From contig CAVIJK010000001.1 of NCBI GenBank assembly GCA_963643345.1, forward strand, positions 14,390 through 78,389: a stretch of 64,000 nucleotides of DNA. Reading direction: 5' to 3'. A program made the translations under genes and the position numbers. The DNA comes from a bacterium. Lineage in GTDB: Bacteria > Bacillota_I > Bacilli_A > RFN20 > CAG-826. Positions 25,709-37,489 of this stretch are shown piece after piece; positions within the stretch are counted from its first letter, which is position 1; every line of letters begins with the position of its first letter. The notes under the pieces were generated by a model. That model saw only the letters and a list, made by a program, of their open reading frames with translations, ran no database searches and was not told where the DNA came from.

Positions 25709-27237
25709 TGAGCAACAGAACCTCTGATATTTCCGCTCTAATCAAAGAGCAAATCAAAAAATATTCAGGCGAAGTCGTGGAGGAAAAAGCGGTAGGTACC
25801 GTTATTTCTGTAGGCGACGGAATCGCAACAGTTTACGGCCTAAAGGACGCAATGCTTTCCGAATTGCTTGAATTTCCAAATGGCGTATATGGCATGGTCA
25901 TGAACCTTAATGTCGACAGCGTGGGCGTTGTTCTTCTTGGCTCAGACCGTTTAATCAAAGAAGGCGACATTGTCAAAGAAACCGGTAGAGTTGTTGAGGT
26001 TCCGGTTGGCGATGGGATGCTTGGAAGGGTTATTTCCCCGTTGGGTCAGCCACAAGATAACCTTGGTTCGATTGAATATACCAAAACCAGGCCAATTGAA
26101 AGAATTGCGCCTGGAGTTATGACACGTAAGTCTGTCAACACCCCTATGGAGACGGGCATTAAGGCCATCGATTCGATGATTCCTATCGGACGTGGGCAAC
26201 GTGAACTCATTATTGGCGATCGCCAAACTGGAAAAACATCAATTGCCATCGATACAATTATCAATCAAAAAGGAAAAAATGTTAAATGTGTCTACGTTGC
26301 AATCGGTCAGAAGAATTCATCTGTAGCATCATTAACAAACAAACTTAGAGAAAAAGGTTGTCTGGATTACTGCGTTATTGTTAACGCCTCTGCCTCCGAA
26401 CCTGCTCCGCAACAATACATCGCCCCATTCGCGGGTATGGCAATCGCTGAAGAGTGGATGGAACAAGGACAAGATGTTTTGATTGTCTTTGATGATTTGT
26501 CAAAGCACGCTGTCGCATATCGTACATTGTCGCTTCTTCTAAGAAGAGCACCTGGACGTGAAGCATATCCTGGAGATATCTTCTATTTGCATTCAAGATT
26601 GCTTGAGAGAGCTTGTAAGCTCAACGAGGATTATGGAGGTGGTTCCATTACCGCTCTTCCAATCATCGAAACCCAGGCGGGCGATATCTCAGCCTATATT
26701 CCAACTAATGTCATCTCCATTACCGATGGACAAATTTTCCTTGTCACCGATTATTTTGCATCAGGTCAAAGACCTGCAGTCGATTCCGGATTCTCGGTCT
26801 CTCGTGTTGGATCGGCCGCTCAATACAAATGCATGAAACAGGTCTCATCATCACTTAAGATCGAGTTGGCAAACTATAGAGAAAACCTTTCATTCAGCCA
26901 ATTCGGTTCCGACCTTGATGCTGAAACTAAGAAGATTCTAAACCACGGCGCTATAGTTACCGAATCACTAAAGCAAAAGAATAATTCTCCTCTTGCCTTT
27001 TATGAGGAAGTTATAGATTTGTTCGCTGTCAAAAATAAATATTTAGATGATCTTGAAATCAAATCGGTTAATCCATTCTTAACGGCATTAAGAGAGGATA
27101 TCATGACATCTCACAGCGACATCGTCGATGAACTTAAAGAAAAGAAAATCTTCTCCAAGGAATTAGAGTCTAAGTTATCCGACGCAATCGTTTCATTCAA
27201 AGCCAATAAATGGCCTACAATTTCGACACAAAATTAA
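25708..27237 (+). CDS. atpA: F1 ATP synthase subunit alpha
   Basis: Walker A '[15 protein letters not shown]' and alpha-subunit signature blocks. Confidence 0.95.
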   Translation: MSNRTSDISALIKEQIKKYSGEVVEEKAVGTVISVGDGIATVYGLKDAMLSELLEFPNGVYGMVMNLNVDSVGVVLLGSDRLIKEGDIVKETGRVVEVPVGDGMLGRVISPLGQPQDNLGSIEYTKTRPIERIAPGVMTRKSVNTPMETGIKAIDSMIPIGRGQRELIIGDRQTGKTSIAIDTIINQKGKNVKCVYVAIGQKNSSVASLTNKLREKGCLDYCVIVNASASEPAPQQYIAPFAGMAIAEEWMEQGQDVLIVFDDLSKHAVAYRTLSLLLRRAPGREAYPGDIFYLHSRLLERACKLNEDYGGGSITALPIIETQAGDISAYIPTNVISITDGQIFLVTDYFASGQRPAVDSGFSVSRVGSAAQYKCMKQVSSSLKIELANYRENLSFSQFGSDLDAETKKILNHGAIVTESLKQKNNSPLAFYEEVIDLFAVKNKYLDDLEIKSVNPFLTALREDIMTSHSDIVDELKEKKIFSKELESKLSDAIVSFKANKWPTISTQN

Positions 27238-27249
27238 TAAGGATTCATA

Positions 27250-28098
27250 ATGTCACAAGGTTTAAACAAGACAAAACGTAGAATCAAATCCGTCCAAAGC
27301 ACAAGAAAAATCACAAAGGCCATGCAATTGATTGCTACGGCCAAGGTGAAGAAACTCTTAAGGCTTCATGACGAATATATTTACTATTCCGATGAGTATC
27401 GCAACCTCATGGGCGTTTTGTCTATGTATCTACCGGAAGAATCGCATTATTCGAAAGAAAACGGAAATGATTTGCCAACGCTTTATATCGTGGTCACTTC
27501 CGACCTCGGGCTTTGTGGCGCGTATAATTCGAACGTTTTGAAATATGCACACAAATTAATTGATGATAAGGACTATATCTGCCCTTTAGGCTCAAAAGCG
27601 TTACACCATTTTAATAAGGACATTTATGGCGACAGAATCGTTTCGTACGATTCGTTAAATCTCAATCTGGATATGGATAAGATCATCGATGTTTCTAAAC
27701 ACATCAAGGATGAATTCAATGAACCTAAATGGAAAAAGATAATGATTATCTACACCCATTACATCAACTCAATCGCTAGCGAACCGGATATTGCACAGCT
27801 TCTTCCGATTCCTAAAGAAACCGGGTCTTGGGGAAACAAGGATAATATACCGCCTAAGTTTGATGAGAATCCAAAAGAACTTATGCATAACTTAATGATT
27901 CCGTATATGTCCAGCGTTATTTACTCAAAATTGCTCGAATCCCAACTTTCCGAGCAGTCTAGCAGAAGATCGGCGATGGATAACGCAAATGATAATGCCG
28001 ACGAGTTGCTCGACAAATTAACGATTGAATACAACAAAGCGCGTCAAAGTGCTATTACCCAGGAAATCACCGAGGTTGTCGGTGGAGCCGAGAATTAA
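27250..28098 (+). CDS. atpG: F1 ATP synthase subunit gamma
   Basis: N-terminus 'I…RIKSVQSTRKITKAMQLIA' and a conserved C-terminal helix 'ITQEITE(VV)GGAE'. Confidence 0.9.
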   Translation: MSQGLNKTKRRIKSVQSTRKITKAMQLIATAKVKKLLRLHDEYIYYSDEYRNLMGVLSMYLPEESHYSKENGNDLPTLYIVVTSDLGLCGAYNSNVLKYAHKLIDDKDYICPLGSKALHHFNKDIYGDRIVSYDSLNLNLDMDKIIDVSKHIKDEFNEPKWKKIMIIYTHYINSIASEPDIAQLLPIPKETGSWGNKDNIPPKFDENPKELMHNLMIPYMSSVIYSKLLESQLSEQSSRRSAMDNANDNADELLDKLTIEYNKARQSAITQEITEVVGGAEN

Positions 28099-29525
<1,427 letters not shown>

Positions 29526-29526
<1 letters not shown>

Positions 29527-29843
29527 TGAGCGATAGATTAGTTCTTACAATCTTATCGGCCAAAGGGGTCGTATTTGAAGGGGAGGTGGACGAATGCTAC
29601 GTCCCAACAAATGTTGGACCAGTCGGTATTTTAAGGGGACATACCCCTTACATTGCCTCTATCAAAAAGATAGGTGTTTTGAAATTTACATCAAGAAGCG
29701 TCAAATCCTTTTACGTCATTAAACAAGGCGCAGTTGAAGTGAAGGGTGAAAGGCTTTTGGTCATCACAACCGAGGCCATTAAAGCGAATACATTGCAAGA
29801 ATGTGAGAAAATGATTGAAGATTTCGAAAAAAAAGAGCATTGA
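29526..29843 (+). CDS. atpC: F1 ATP synthase subunit epsilon
   Basis: The ATG overlaps the atpD stop (TAATG). Start taken at 'MSDRLVLTILS…'; the tracked ORF extends upstream in-frame but lacks a sensible start. Confidence 0.8.
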
Positions 29844-29850
29844 TATTTAT

Positions 29851-31068
29851 ATGAACTTCATATTTATTTCACCGAATTTTCCGGATAGGTACTTCCAATT
29901 TGTAAAAGAACTTCGCGCGAGAGGCATGAATGTTTTATGTATTGGGGACACCCCGTACGTCGATATTGTTCCTGAGCTTAAGAGTTCTGCTACCGAATAT
30001 TATTGGTTGCCATCTTTAAGCGACTATAACGCAGTTTTGGGAGCGTGTCGTTTCTTTGAAAAGAAGTATGGCAAGATTGATTATCTTGAATCCAATAATG
30101 AATGGTGGCTTGTTCAAGATGCTAAACTTAGAAAAGATTTAGGTATCACAACCGGGTTTCTGCCTGAAGATATGGAGGCCATAAAAGCAAAATCGGCCAT
30201 GAAAGAATCTTTTTCAAGAGCCGGAGTCAAAACGATGCGTTATGTTTTGCTTGATGGACCAAAGGATCTAGACAAGGCTAAAAAATTCATTGAAAAAGTC
30301 GGCTATCCAGTTTTTGTAAAACCTAATATTGGGGTTGGCGCAGCTGATTCTTTCAAAATCCAAAACGAGGAAAAGCTTTTGAGTTTCCTCTCCAAAGATC
30401 TACCAGAGACTTATATCATGGAAGAATACATCGATGGATCGATTGTGTCGTTTGATGGATGTTGCGATTCCAAATCGAATGTCGTCTTCTGCTGTACCGA
30501 CCATTTTCCAACGCCGGTTGCCGAGATCGTTAATAAAGGCTTGGACCTCTATTATTGGAACAATCCATTTGAGTTGCCGATGTTTGATATCGATGCTGCC
30601 GCATTTGAAAAAGCCGGTAGGGCCGTAGTCAAATCATTTGGAATCAAAAAACGTTTGTTCCATATTGAATTCTTTGTTCTACGAAGTGATAAACCTGGAT
30701 TTGCAAAGAAAGGTGAGTTTGTCGCCTTGGAATGCAACATGCGTTGCCCAGGCGGAAATACGCCGGATTTGATGGATTATGCCAATTCGTTATCGTTATT
30801 CGGGATTTACGCCGACGTTATCGCGTATGATGAAAACAGGCAGAACAACAATTACGAAAAATATTACGCTTTCTCAGTTTGCAGAAAAGACAGCAATTCT
30901 TATACGCATTCGCATAAAGATATATGTGAGACCTTCAAAAGTGAGCTTATGGAAAGCGGAAGATATCCAAAAGGCATCGCGGAGGTTATGGGTGATACCT
31001 ATTACTTTGCTAGATTTAAAACGTTTGAGGATGGAATGAGGTTCCAAGCTTTCGTCCAAGAAAAATAA
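29851..31068 (+). CDS. ATP-grasp domain protein (carboxylate–amine ligase family), substrate unknown
   Basis: Pre-ATP-grasp region plus 'VGYPVFVKPNIGVGAADSFKI', 'EEYIDG' and 'ECNMRCPGG' blocks typical of ATP-grasp folds. Start at MNFIFISPNF, 8 nt after the atpC stop. Confidence 0.6.
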   Translation: MNFIFISPNFPDRYFQFVKELRARGMNVLCIGDTPYVDIVPELKSSATEYYWLPSLSDYNAVLGACRFFEKKYGKIDYLESNNEWWLVQDAKLRKDLGITTGFLPEDMEAIKAKSAMKESFSRAGVKTMRYVLLDGPKDLDKAKKFIEKVGYPVFVKPNIGVGAADSFKIQNEEKLLSFLSKDLPETYIMEEYIDGSIVSFDGCCDSKSNVVFCCTDHFPTPVAEIVNKGLDLYYWNNPFELPMFDIDAAAFEKAGRAVVKSFGIKKRLFHIEFFVLRSDKPGFAKKGEFVALECNMRCPGGNTPDLMDYANSLSLFGIYADVIAYDENRQNNNYEKYYAFSVCRKDSNSYTHSHKDICETFKSELMESGRYPKGIAEVMGDTYYFARFKTFEDGMRFQAFVQEK

Positions 31069-31073
31069 AACGA

Positions 31074-31898
31074 TTACAAAGAAGATTTTATCAACGATTC
31101 AGCTGCGTCTGGATCGTTTTTTACGTTTATGAGGGTATCGCCTTTGATTAGAAGTGGCTCAAAAGATTCGAGACTATATTTAGTAAGCAAGGATTTTTTA
31201 TTTTCCTCATCCATTAATGAATAATCAACTATATTGACGGTCTTTTTCGTCGTCTTAATTTTGCTTAACAGTTTTTCTTTATAGTATGATACGGAAATTT
31301 CGTCTTCATAATTTAATAGGTAAGTCAGAACGTTTGATTTTATCGAGGAAACGTTCCTGGAGTGATAAACGTTTGTATAAGTGCAAAATTTCTTCATTTC
31401 AGCAGATAAACGGGCCGCTGAAGCGTTTCCTCCGATGATTTCGAAGGCTTTATTCGAATTCATTCCAACGATGGAAGGGGTGGCTGACTGAATATAATTT
31501 TCGTTTTCTTCCGTGTAATTATAGTAAGCATTCATTGCATCGACTTGGGCGTGATATTCGTAATAGGATTCCGATGTTGCGCCATTTCTTTCGATGACCC
31601 CATAGGCCAAAGAGTTGTTTTTGCAGAAATCAATGAATGTGTTTTTGAATTTATTGCAATGGCTGCACGTTGTTTGAGTGAGGATTACGAATAAATTGTT
31701 TCCGAGATCCAGTTGAGGCTTAATTTCTTGCCACCCTTTATAGTATGCGTGATTAGAGTATGCGAGATTGTCGTCCTCATAACTATATGCGACTTCCTCT
31801 GTTCTATCTATATAAAAGGTTTTGTTGCCAACGCCCTCATTACATGAAGTAATCAAGAATGGCGCGATTGATAAAATAAAAAGAATTTTCTTTTTCAT
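31074..31898 (-). CDS. lipoprotein with thioredoxin-like CxxC motif
   Basis: Signal peptide plus lipobox 'FLITSC'. The mature part has 'TTCSHCNKF' (CxxC in thioredoxin-like context). Confidence 0.55.
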   Translation of the reverse strand: MKKKILFILSIAPFLITSCNEGVGNKTFYIDRTEEVAYSYEDDNLAYSNHAYYKGWQEIKPQLDLGNNLFVILTQTTCSHCNKFKNTFIDFCKNNSLAYGVIERNGATSESYYEYHAQVDAMNAYYNYTEENENYIQSATPSIVGMNSNKAFEIIGGNASAARLSAEMKKFCTYTNVYHSRNVSSIKSNVLTYLLNYEDEISVSYYKEKLLSKIKTTKKTVNIVDYSLMDEENKKSLLTKYSLESFEPLLIKGDTLINVKNDPDAAESLIKSSL

Positions 31899-31963
31899 AA
31901 ATATAACTATAGCAATATTTTTGCGTTTATAATTAATTTATAAAATAAATTTGAGGTATTTTT

Positions 31964-32518
31964 ATGGCGAACATGAATATTATTTGGCATTCCATCTCGA
32001 AAGATAGGATTAAGCCGGAAAGATTTTTAGCATGCATTGAAATCAGCGCCGGTTCAAAAAACAAATACGAATTAGATAAAGAGTCTGGCGTTTTGATACT
32101 CGATAGGATTCTCTACACTTCAACTCACTATCCACATAATTACGGATTCATCCCACGCACCTTATCCGAAGACGGAGATCCATTAGACGTCTTGGTTCTT
32201 TGCTCGGAGCCTATCCTTCCGTTAGCCACAACGATTTGCTATCCAATCGGTTTGCTTGAAATGGTTGACGGAGGTAAACTTGATGAAAAAGTTATCGCAG
32301 TTTGCGCTCATGACCCGTTGTATAGATGCTATAAAGATATATCGGAACTCCCAATTCATATCACGGAAGAAATCAGGCATTTCTTTAGGGTTTACAAAGA
32401 CCTTGAGCATGGCAAGTCAACTGAAGTCGGCGAAATGAAGGGGAGAGAGGCTGCTATAGAAGCGATTATCAAAGATATCGAAGCTTACGAAAAAGCATTC
32501 CCCGATAACGTCAAATAA
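31964..32518 (+). CDS. ppa: inorganic pyrophosphatase (family I)
   Basis: 'YPHNYGFIP…[10 protein letters not shown]' Asp-rich active-site signature. Confidence 0.9.
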   Translation: MANMNIIWHSISKDRIKPERFLACIEISAGSKNKYELDKESGVLILDRILYTSTHYPHNYGFIPRTLSEDGDPLDVLVLCSEPILPLATTICYPIGLLEMVDGGKLDEKVIAVCAHDPLYRCYKDISELPIHITEEIRHFFRVYKDLEHGKSTEVGEMKGREAAIEAIIKDIEAYEKAFPDNVK

Positions 32519-32523
32519 AGATA

Positions 32524-32550
32524 AAAAGCGAGAAATCACATCTCGCTTTT
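32524..32550. terminator. bidirectional intrinsic terminator (ppa / convergent gene)
   Basis: AAAAGCGAGA-aatcaca-TCTCGCTTTT perfect 10-bp stem with flanking A/T runs. Confidence 0.7.
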
Positions 32551-33962
32551 CATTTATCCACGTTCATTCTTTTAGCTTCTAAGAGCAGATCTTTCGAGGT
32601 CTTGGAAATATTATCGATTCTGATTGAATTGAATTCTTTTACGATTGCTTGGCCCGGAACATTTCCCTTTCGAACATTTCGCCTTAAAGTATACATTACC
32701 TCGCCGTCTTCTCTATGTGAGTTAAGCAATGCGATTTCGGCTGCGATTCTGATTTCCTCAGTAGAAGCCCCATCTTTTTTGATGACAACATGGGAACCAG
32801 AGTCGCCCATTATATGCAGCCACATATGATTTTTGCTTGTCCCGAATAAGAACGTTAAACAATCGTTTTGTTTTGAGGTTTTCCCAAATAGAATTTTTGT
32901 CCCATTGTATTCGATTTGGTATGGGAGCGTCGCTAATGAAAGCGAATCAAACGTATCCTTTCTTCTTGCGCACTGTTTGCTTAAACCCAAATCTTTTTCC
33001 AATGTTTCAAGTCCCTCTTCGTCTGCTATCATCACTTGCTTTATTGCGGAGGTGACATTTTCCAATTCTTCTTTGGTTTTGACTATGTTTTCCTCGCCAT
33101 GGATAATTGTCTGCTTTGATTTCTTGGCGCTCTTATAATATTTTTCGGCATTTGCAGGCAATGATTTTGAAGGATCTAACTTGATTATTTCCCCTTCGTA
33201 CTCAAACGATTTAGCATCTTCCTCGATATCGGAATAGCATATGTATATGGCATCTCCGAATCTGGCATCGTTCAAATGCTTTTTCGCCTCTTCGATTTCA
33301 TTGCCCAAGACCGTCATTTTTCTACTCAAGGATTTCTCTTTAGCCTTAAGGGCGGTTATCAAGTAACCAAATCTGTCCTTTTTTCTTCGGGCTACTATTT
33401 CGCTTTCCTTGTCGAGACAGTGTTGAAGATAATTGCTAGGGTCAAAATCCTCTTTATCATTTGCAAAATTCCCCATTGGTGGGTATTCATATGTCATCCC
33501 TTTAAATAAGGGCCTGTCATCTGTAAAACTCCCAGGTCTATATGAGACGATGATTTTGTTTTCGGAATCGGTGACAATCAAATTCGCATGATGAGGGATC
33601 ATTTCAAAATACAGGTTCCTCGTTTCCTCTTTGTATACTGAGTTGATTATAATAATGCTGAATTTAACAATCTTATTTCTTTCAGCGCACTCAATATCGA
33701 CCACATAAGCGTTCCCCAACTCTTTTTGAAATTGGTCAAGGAATCTAGAATCTTGACCTCTTCCTTCTATTGTGTGAGGCGCGATGTAAAATCTAGGTTC
33801 GGCATCGTCCAACGATATTACAAAACGATGTCCGTCTTTCCCAGAAAGGTGGAAGAATATCGAGTTTGAAGCATAGAAAAACGGATGGGATATGTGTTTG
33901 TTAATTAGCCTATCCTTTATGTAATTGATGTATTTTTCCAAATTTTCAACACTGAACTTCAT
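32550..33962 (-). CDS. RqcH/FbpA-like NFACT-domain protein (ribosome quality control homologue)
   Basis: N-terminal NFACT-N-like region, central coiled-coil, and a C-terminal block 'HMWLHIMGDSGSHVVIK…' resembling the NFACT-R/DUF814 'HvhvkdvpGShVvi' signature. Confidence 0.55.
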   Translation of the reverse strand: MKFSVENLEKYINYIKDRLINKHISHPFFYASNSIFFHLSGKDGHRFVISLDDAEPRFYIAPHTIEGRGQDSRFLDQFQKELGNAYVVDIECAERNKIVKFSIIIINSVYKEETRNLYFEMIPHHANLIVTDSENKIIVSYRPGSFTDDRPLFKGMTYEYPPMGNFANDKEDFDPSNYLQHCLDKESEIVARRKKDRFGYLITALKAKEKSLSRKMTVLGNEIEEAKKHLNDARFGDAIYICYSDIEEDAKSFEYEGEIIKLDPSKSLPANAEKYYKSAKKSKQTIIHGEENIVKTKEELENVTSAIKQVMIADEEGLETLEKDLGLSKQCARRKDTFDSLSLATLPYQIEYNGTKILFGKTSKQNDCLTFLFGTSKNHMWLHIMGDSGSHVVIKKDGASTEEIRIAAEIALLNSHREDGEVMYTLRRNVRKGNVPGQAIVKEFNSIRIDNISKTSKDLLLEAKRMNVDK

Positions 33963-34053
33963 TGCTACATAATCCTACCATAATTTATTTGACATTAACT
34001 AAAATAGTTACTAGTGATTGTAACAAAATGAAAATATTACTATAATTTTTTCA

Positions 34054-34632
34054 ATGAAACGCGGATTGTTAATCATAATATCAGGTCCAAGCGGTGTTGG
34101 AAAAGGCACTGTTAGACAGAAGGTTATGGAGGATGAAAGCCTTGATTTGGCTTATTCGGTTTCGATGACAACTCGTAGTCCTCGTGCAGGCGAAATTAAC
34201 GGTAGGGAATACTTCTTTGTAACTGAAGATGAGTTCAAAAAGAATATCGAAGAAGGAAATTTCCTTGAATACAATTACTTCGTTTCCCATTACTATGGGA
34301 CGCCGAAAAATTATGTAGATCAACTGAGAAATGAAGGCAAAAACGTCATTTTGGAAATTGATGTAAATGGCGCAAAAAACGTCATGACAAAATGCAAAGA
34401 ACTCGGGGATGAGGTCGTTTCGTTCTTTATTCTTCCGCCTTCAATGAAGGCCCTAGAAGATAGAATCAGAGGACGTAGAAGCGAGCCTGAGGAAGTTATC
34501 CAAGAGAGGCTTTCAAAAGCGTCAGCTGAAATAAACCAAAAATCAAATTACAAATACCCCGTCATCAACGATGATCTAGATGAAACGGTGAACTATATCA
34601 AAGAAATCATCGCAAAAGAACGCAATAAGTAA
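34054..34632 (+). CDS. gmk: guanylate kinase
   Basis: 'IISGPSGVGKGTV' P-loop and gmk-family length. Confidence 0.9.
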   Translation: MKRGLLIIISGPSGVGKGTVRQKVMEDESLDLAYSVSMTTRSPRAGEINGREYFFVTEDEFKKNIEEGNFLEYNYFVSHYYGTPKNYVDQLRNEGKNVILEIDVNGAKNVMTKCKELGDEVVSFFILPPSMKALEDRIRGRRSEPEEVIQERLSKASAEINQKSNYKYPVINDDLDETVNYIKEIIAKERNK

Positions 34633-34654
34633 AAGATAGTTCATAGGCTCAACT

Positions 34655-36874
34655 ATGTTGTATAATTTATCCATGCAATTATTGAGCGTCTTAACACAAT
34701 ATGGAGCTCGTGCTGTAGCGCGAACTTTTTCTTATGCGTACTATGGCAAAAAGAAAGTTGGTGAACGTTTTAGGGTCAAAATCAATTTTAACGGCAAAGA
34801 GATAATGGGTTTTGTGACTAAAGTCGAGGTGCCCGATAAAACACAAGATGAACTAGAAAAAGAACTTGGGTATTCCATTAAGGAGATTCGGGAATCCGAC
34901 ATCATCGATGAAGAGCCTCTTATCAATGATGAATTAATGGAACTGGCCAATCGGGTCGCTGATTACTATATGGCGCCTCTCATTTCGGTTTTGCAGGCCA
35001 TGCTTCCGAAGACTCTTTCGCCGAAACTCTCGTCTTTAAAGGGGCCTAAGATTGCTTATGAAAAATGGGTTAAAGCCATCGATTCTTCTGAGGATGACTT
35101 AACTCCAAAACAGATTGAGATGCTGAGACTCATCGTCTCGAATGATGAAATTCTGAAAAAAGAATGTGGTTCCCCTTCAATTCTCAAAACACTTGAGGAA
35201 AAAAAGAAGGTAATCGTTTTTAGCAAAGAAAAAATGAGGTTTGTCTTGCCTCCGGAAGAAAGAGAAAACACTCACGAGATGTCAGATGAGCAAAAAGGTG
35301 CATATAACACCATTCTTTCATCCCCTAAGGATGTCGTGTTGCTTCAAGGGGTAACCGGTTCAGGAAAAACCGAGGTTTACCTAAGAGTATCCGAAAGATA
35401 TCTTGAGGATGGCAAAACCGTTTTGATGCTGGTTCCTGAAATCAATCTCACGCCTCAGATGGTTGAATATTTCTCGAGAAGATTTGGCCAAAAGGTGGCT
35501 ATTCTACATAGCGAGTTGACACCTGGAGAAAGATATGACGAATATCGTCGTATCGCCCAAGGGAAAGCCCAGATAGTTGTTGGCGCTCGGAGCGCGGTTT
35601 TTGCCCCTCTTAAAAACATCGGTTTGATAATTCTTGATGAAGAACACGTCGAATCATATAAGCAGGATAATTCACCGTATTACCACGCTAGAGAAGTGGC
35701 CATTATGCGTGGCAAAATCTCCCATGCTAAAGTTTTGCTTGGCTCAGCCACCCCAACCTTAGAGACCAAAGCACGTGCAATGCGCGGCGTCTATGGCTAT
35801 GCCGAGATGAAAAATAGAGTTAACAAACGACCTTTACCTAAAACTCAAATTGTCGATTTGTGCAATAGGCTTAATTTCGACAAATCATCAGAGAAATTAA
35901 CAAAGCCCGTTTTACAGGCTATCAAGGAAAGAATCGATAAAAAGGAACAATCGTTGCTTTTGATTAACAGGCGCGGTTATTGGACAGCGATCAATTGCCC
36001 TCAATGCGGTTACATTTTTTCCTGCCCTCAATGCGGAGGCAACCTGACATACCACATTCACGACCATATGCTGAAGTGTCATCATTGCGGAGAAGTTCAG
36101 ATTCATCCGGATAAATGTCCAAGCTGTGGTTGCACAAAATTACGCAGAGTCGGATATGGAACCGAAAGAATCGTCGAAGAATTAAAGGAAATAATTCCTA
36201 ACTGCAAGGTTGCCAGAATGGATTCTGACGTCAGTCAGGTTTCCAAAAAAATGGAAGAGACTTTGAAAGCTTTTAAAAACGGCGAATATGACATTCTTGT
36301 TGGCACCCAAATGATAGCAAAAGGGCATGATTTCCCCAATGTAACATTATCGAGTGTTGTGATGGCCGATATCGGCCTTTCTCTCCCGACCTATAGGGCT
36401 GCAGAACGAACTTTTCAGTTGATTGCCCAAGCCGTAGGCAGAAGTGGCCGCTCAACTAGGGAAGGCGTCGCCTTCATTCAAACTTATAACCCTCATCATT
36501 ATGCCATTACCATGGGTGCTACGCAGGATTATGAGAGATTTTTCATCCGTGAAATGAACGAAAGGAAGATTACTCAGTATCCCCCTTACGTTTATTTGAT
36601 ATTGCTTGAATTCTCGGCAGTCAACGAAGAAAAGTGCGTTAACGCTGCATATGACATCAAGAGAGCTCTCGAAGATAAAAATATTGAATCTCTGTCTGTT
36701 GTCGGACCTATCACGCCATTCTATTCGATGGTTGGCGGAAAACATAAAAGAGTTGTTCTGCTAAAAATGAAAAAACGTGATGCGGTGGTGGAAGAACTAA
36801 AGGCTTTACTTTCCTCCCCACTTTCCTCTGGATCAGTGGACATTTCCGTCAACGTTGACCCATTGGATTACTAG
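34655..36874 (+). CDS. priA: primosomal protein N' (PriA helicase)
   Basis: DEAH helicase motifs 'GVTGSGKTEVY' and 'ILDEEH', a Cys4 zinc-binding insertion (CPQCG…CPQCGG…CHHCG…CPSCG) and a C-terminal domain. An alternative start is ATG 34673. Confidence 0.85.
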   Translation: MLYNLSMQLLSVLTQYGARAVARTFSYAYYGKKKVGERFRVKINFNGKEIMGFVTKVEVPDKTQDELEKELGYSIKEIRESDIIDEEPLINDELMELANRVADYYMAPLISVLQAMLPKTLSPKLSSLKGPKIAYEKWVKAIDSSEDDLTPKQIEMLRLIVSNDEILKKECGSPSILKTLEEKKKVIVFSKEKMRFVLPPEERENTHEMSDEQKGAYNTILSSPKDVVLLQGVTGSGKTEVYLRVSERYLEDGKTVLMLVPEINLTPQMVEYFSRRFGQKVAILHSELTPGERYDEYRRIAQGKAQIVVGARSAVFAPLKNIGLIILDEEHVESYKQDNSPYYHAREVAIMRGKISHAKVLLGSATPTLETKARAMRGVYGYAEMKNRVNKRPLPKTQIVDLCNRLNFDKSSEKLTKPVLQAIKERIDKKEQSLLLINRRGYWTAINCPQCGYIFSCPQCGGNLTYHIHDHMLKCHHCGEVQIHPDKCPSCGCTKLRRVGYGTERIVEELKEIIPNCKVARMDSDVSQVSKKMEETLKAFKNGEYDILVGTQMIAKGHDFPNVTLSSVVMADIGLSLPTYRAAERTFQLIAQAVGRSGRSTREGVAFIQTYNPHHYAITMGATQDYERFFIREMNERKITQYPPYVYLILLEFSAVNEEKCVNAAYDIKRALEDKNIESLSVVGPITPFYSMVGGKHKRVVLLKMKKRDAVVEELKALLSSPLSSGSVDISVNVDPLDY

Positions 36875-36931
36875 CAACGGGTTTTTGACATCATCAAATT
36901 TTACTATTCCACTATCCGAGGTATTTTTCTA

Positions 36932-36942
36932 TGTGATATAAT
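36932..36942 (+). promoter_or_regulatory. extended -10 promoter element (TGaTATAAT)
   Basis: TG at 36934–36935, n, then TATAAT at 36937–36942, ~24 nt upstream of the start of the acidic hypothetical gene. Confidence 0.4.
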
Positions 36943-36965
36943 CACATGAGAATCGAGGATTCAAT

Positions 36966-37475
36966 ATGATCACCATTTCAATTTTAGGCTTAGACCAATA
37001 CGTGGTAGGCCACTATAGCAAGATGCATACAGAGAATCTTGCTCAGTTATTAGAGGTAGAAGAGGATGGCATTTCTTTCTATGCTCCAAATTCAATGATA
37101 ATTCACAAAGGCATTGAGCAAACTTCGTGGAATACGGAAGTTATTGTTCATTTGCCTACAAAATACGCAGTTTTAGAAAATAAGGTCGCCGATTACCTTA
37201 TAAAGACTCTTAAGGATGTCACAATCAACTTGAATGTCACGTTCGAATATTTCGAGGAATCGAGCCATTATGAATACATTAACGATGACTATCCGAGATT
37301 CATTAAGGTCGACAATATTGTGGATGCCGATGATCCTTATTCCGAAAAGGATGAGGAGGAATATGACGGTGAGATCCCAGAACCATATCTAGGCAACGTT
37401 TTTGAGGGCAGACAAGATGAGCTTGATGCCAAATACAACGCCGATGAAGAGTATCTTTCGGACAAAGATAAATAA
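36966..37475 (+). CDS. hypothetical protein with strongly acidic C-terminus
   Basis: 169-aa ORF occupying the locus position where def/fmt sit in Bacillus. No recognised motif. Confidence 0.5.
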   Translation: MITISILGLDQYVVGHYSKMHTENLAQLLEVEEDGISFYAPNSMIIHKGIEQTSWNTEVIVHLPTKYAVLENKVADYLIKTLKDVTINLNVTFEYFEESSHYEYINDDYPRFIKVDNIVDADDPYSEKDEEEYDGEIPEPYLGNVFEGRQDELDAKYNADEEYLSDKDK

Positions 37476-37489
37476 ACGAGGAGACATTT

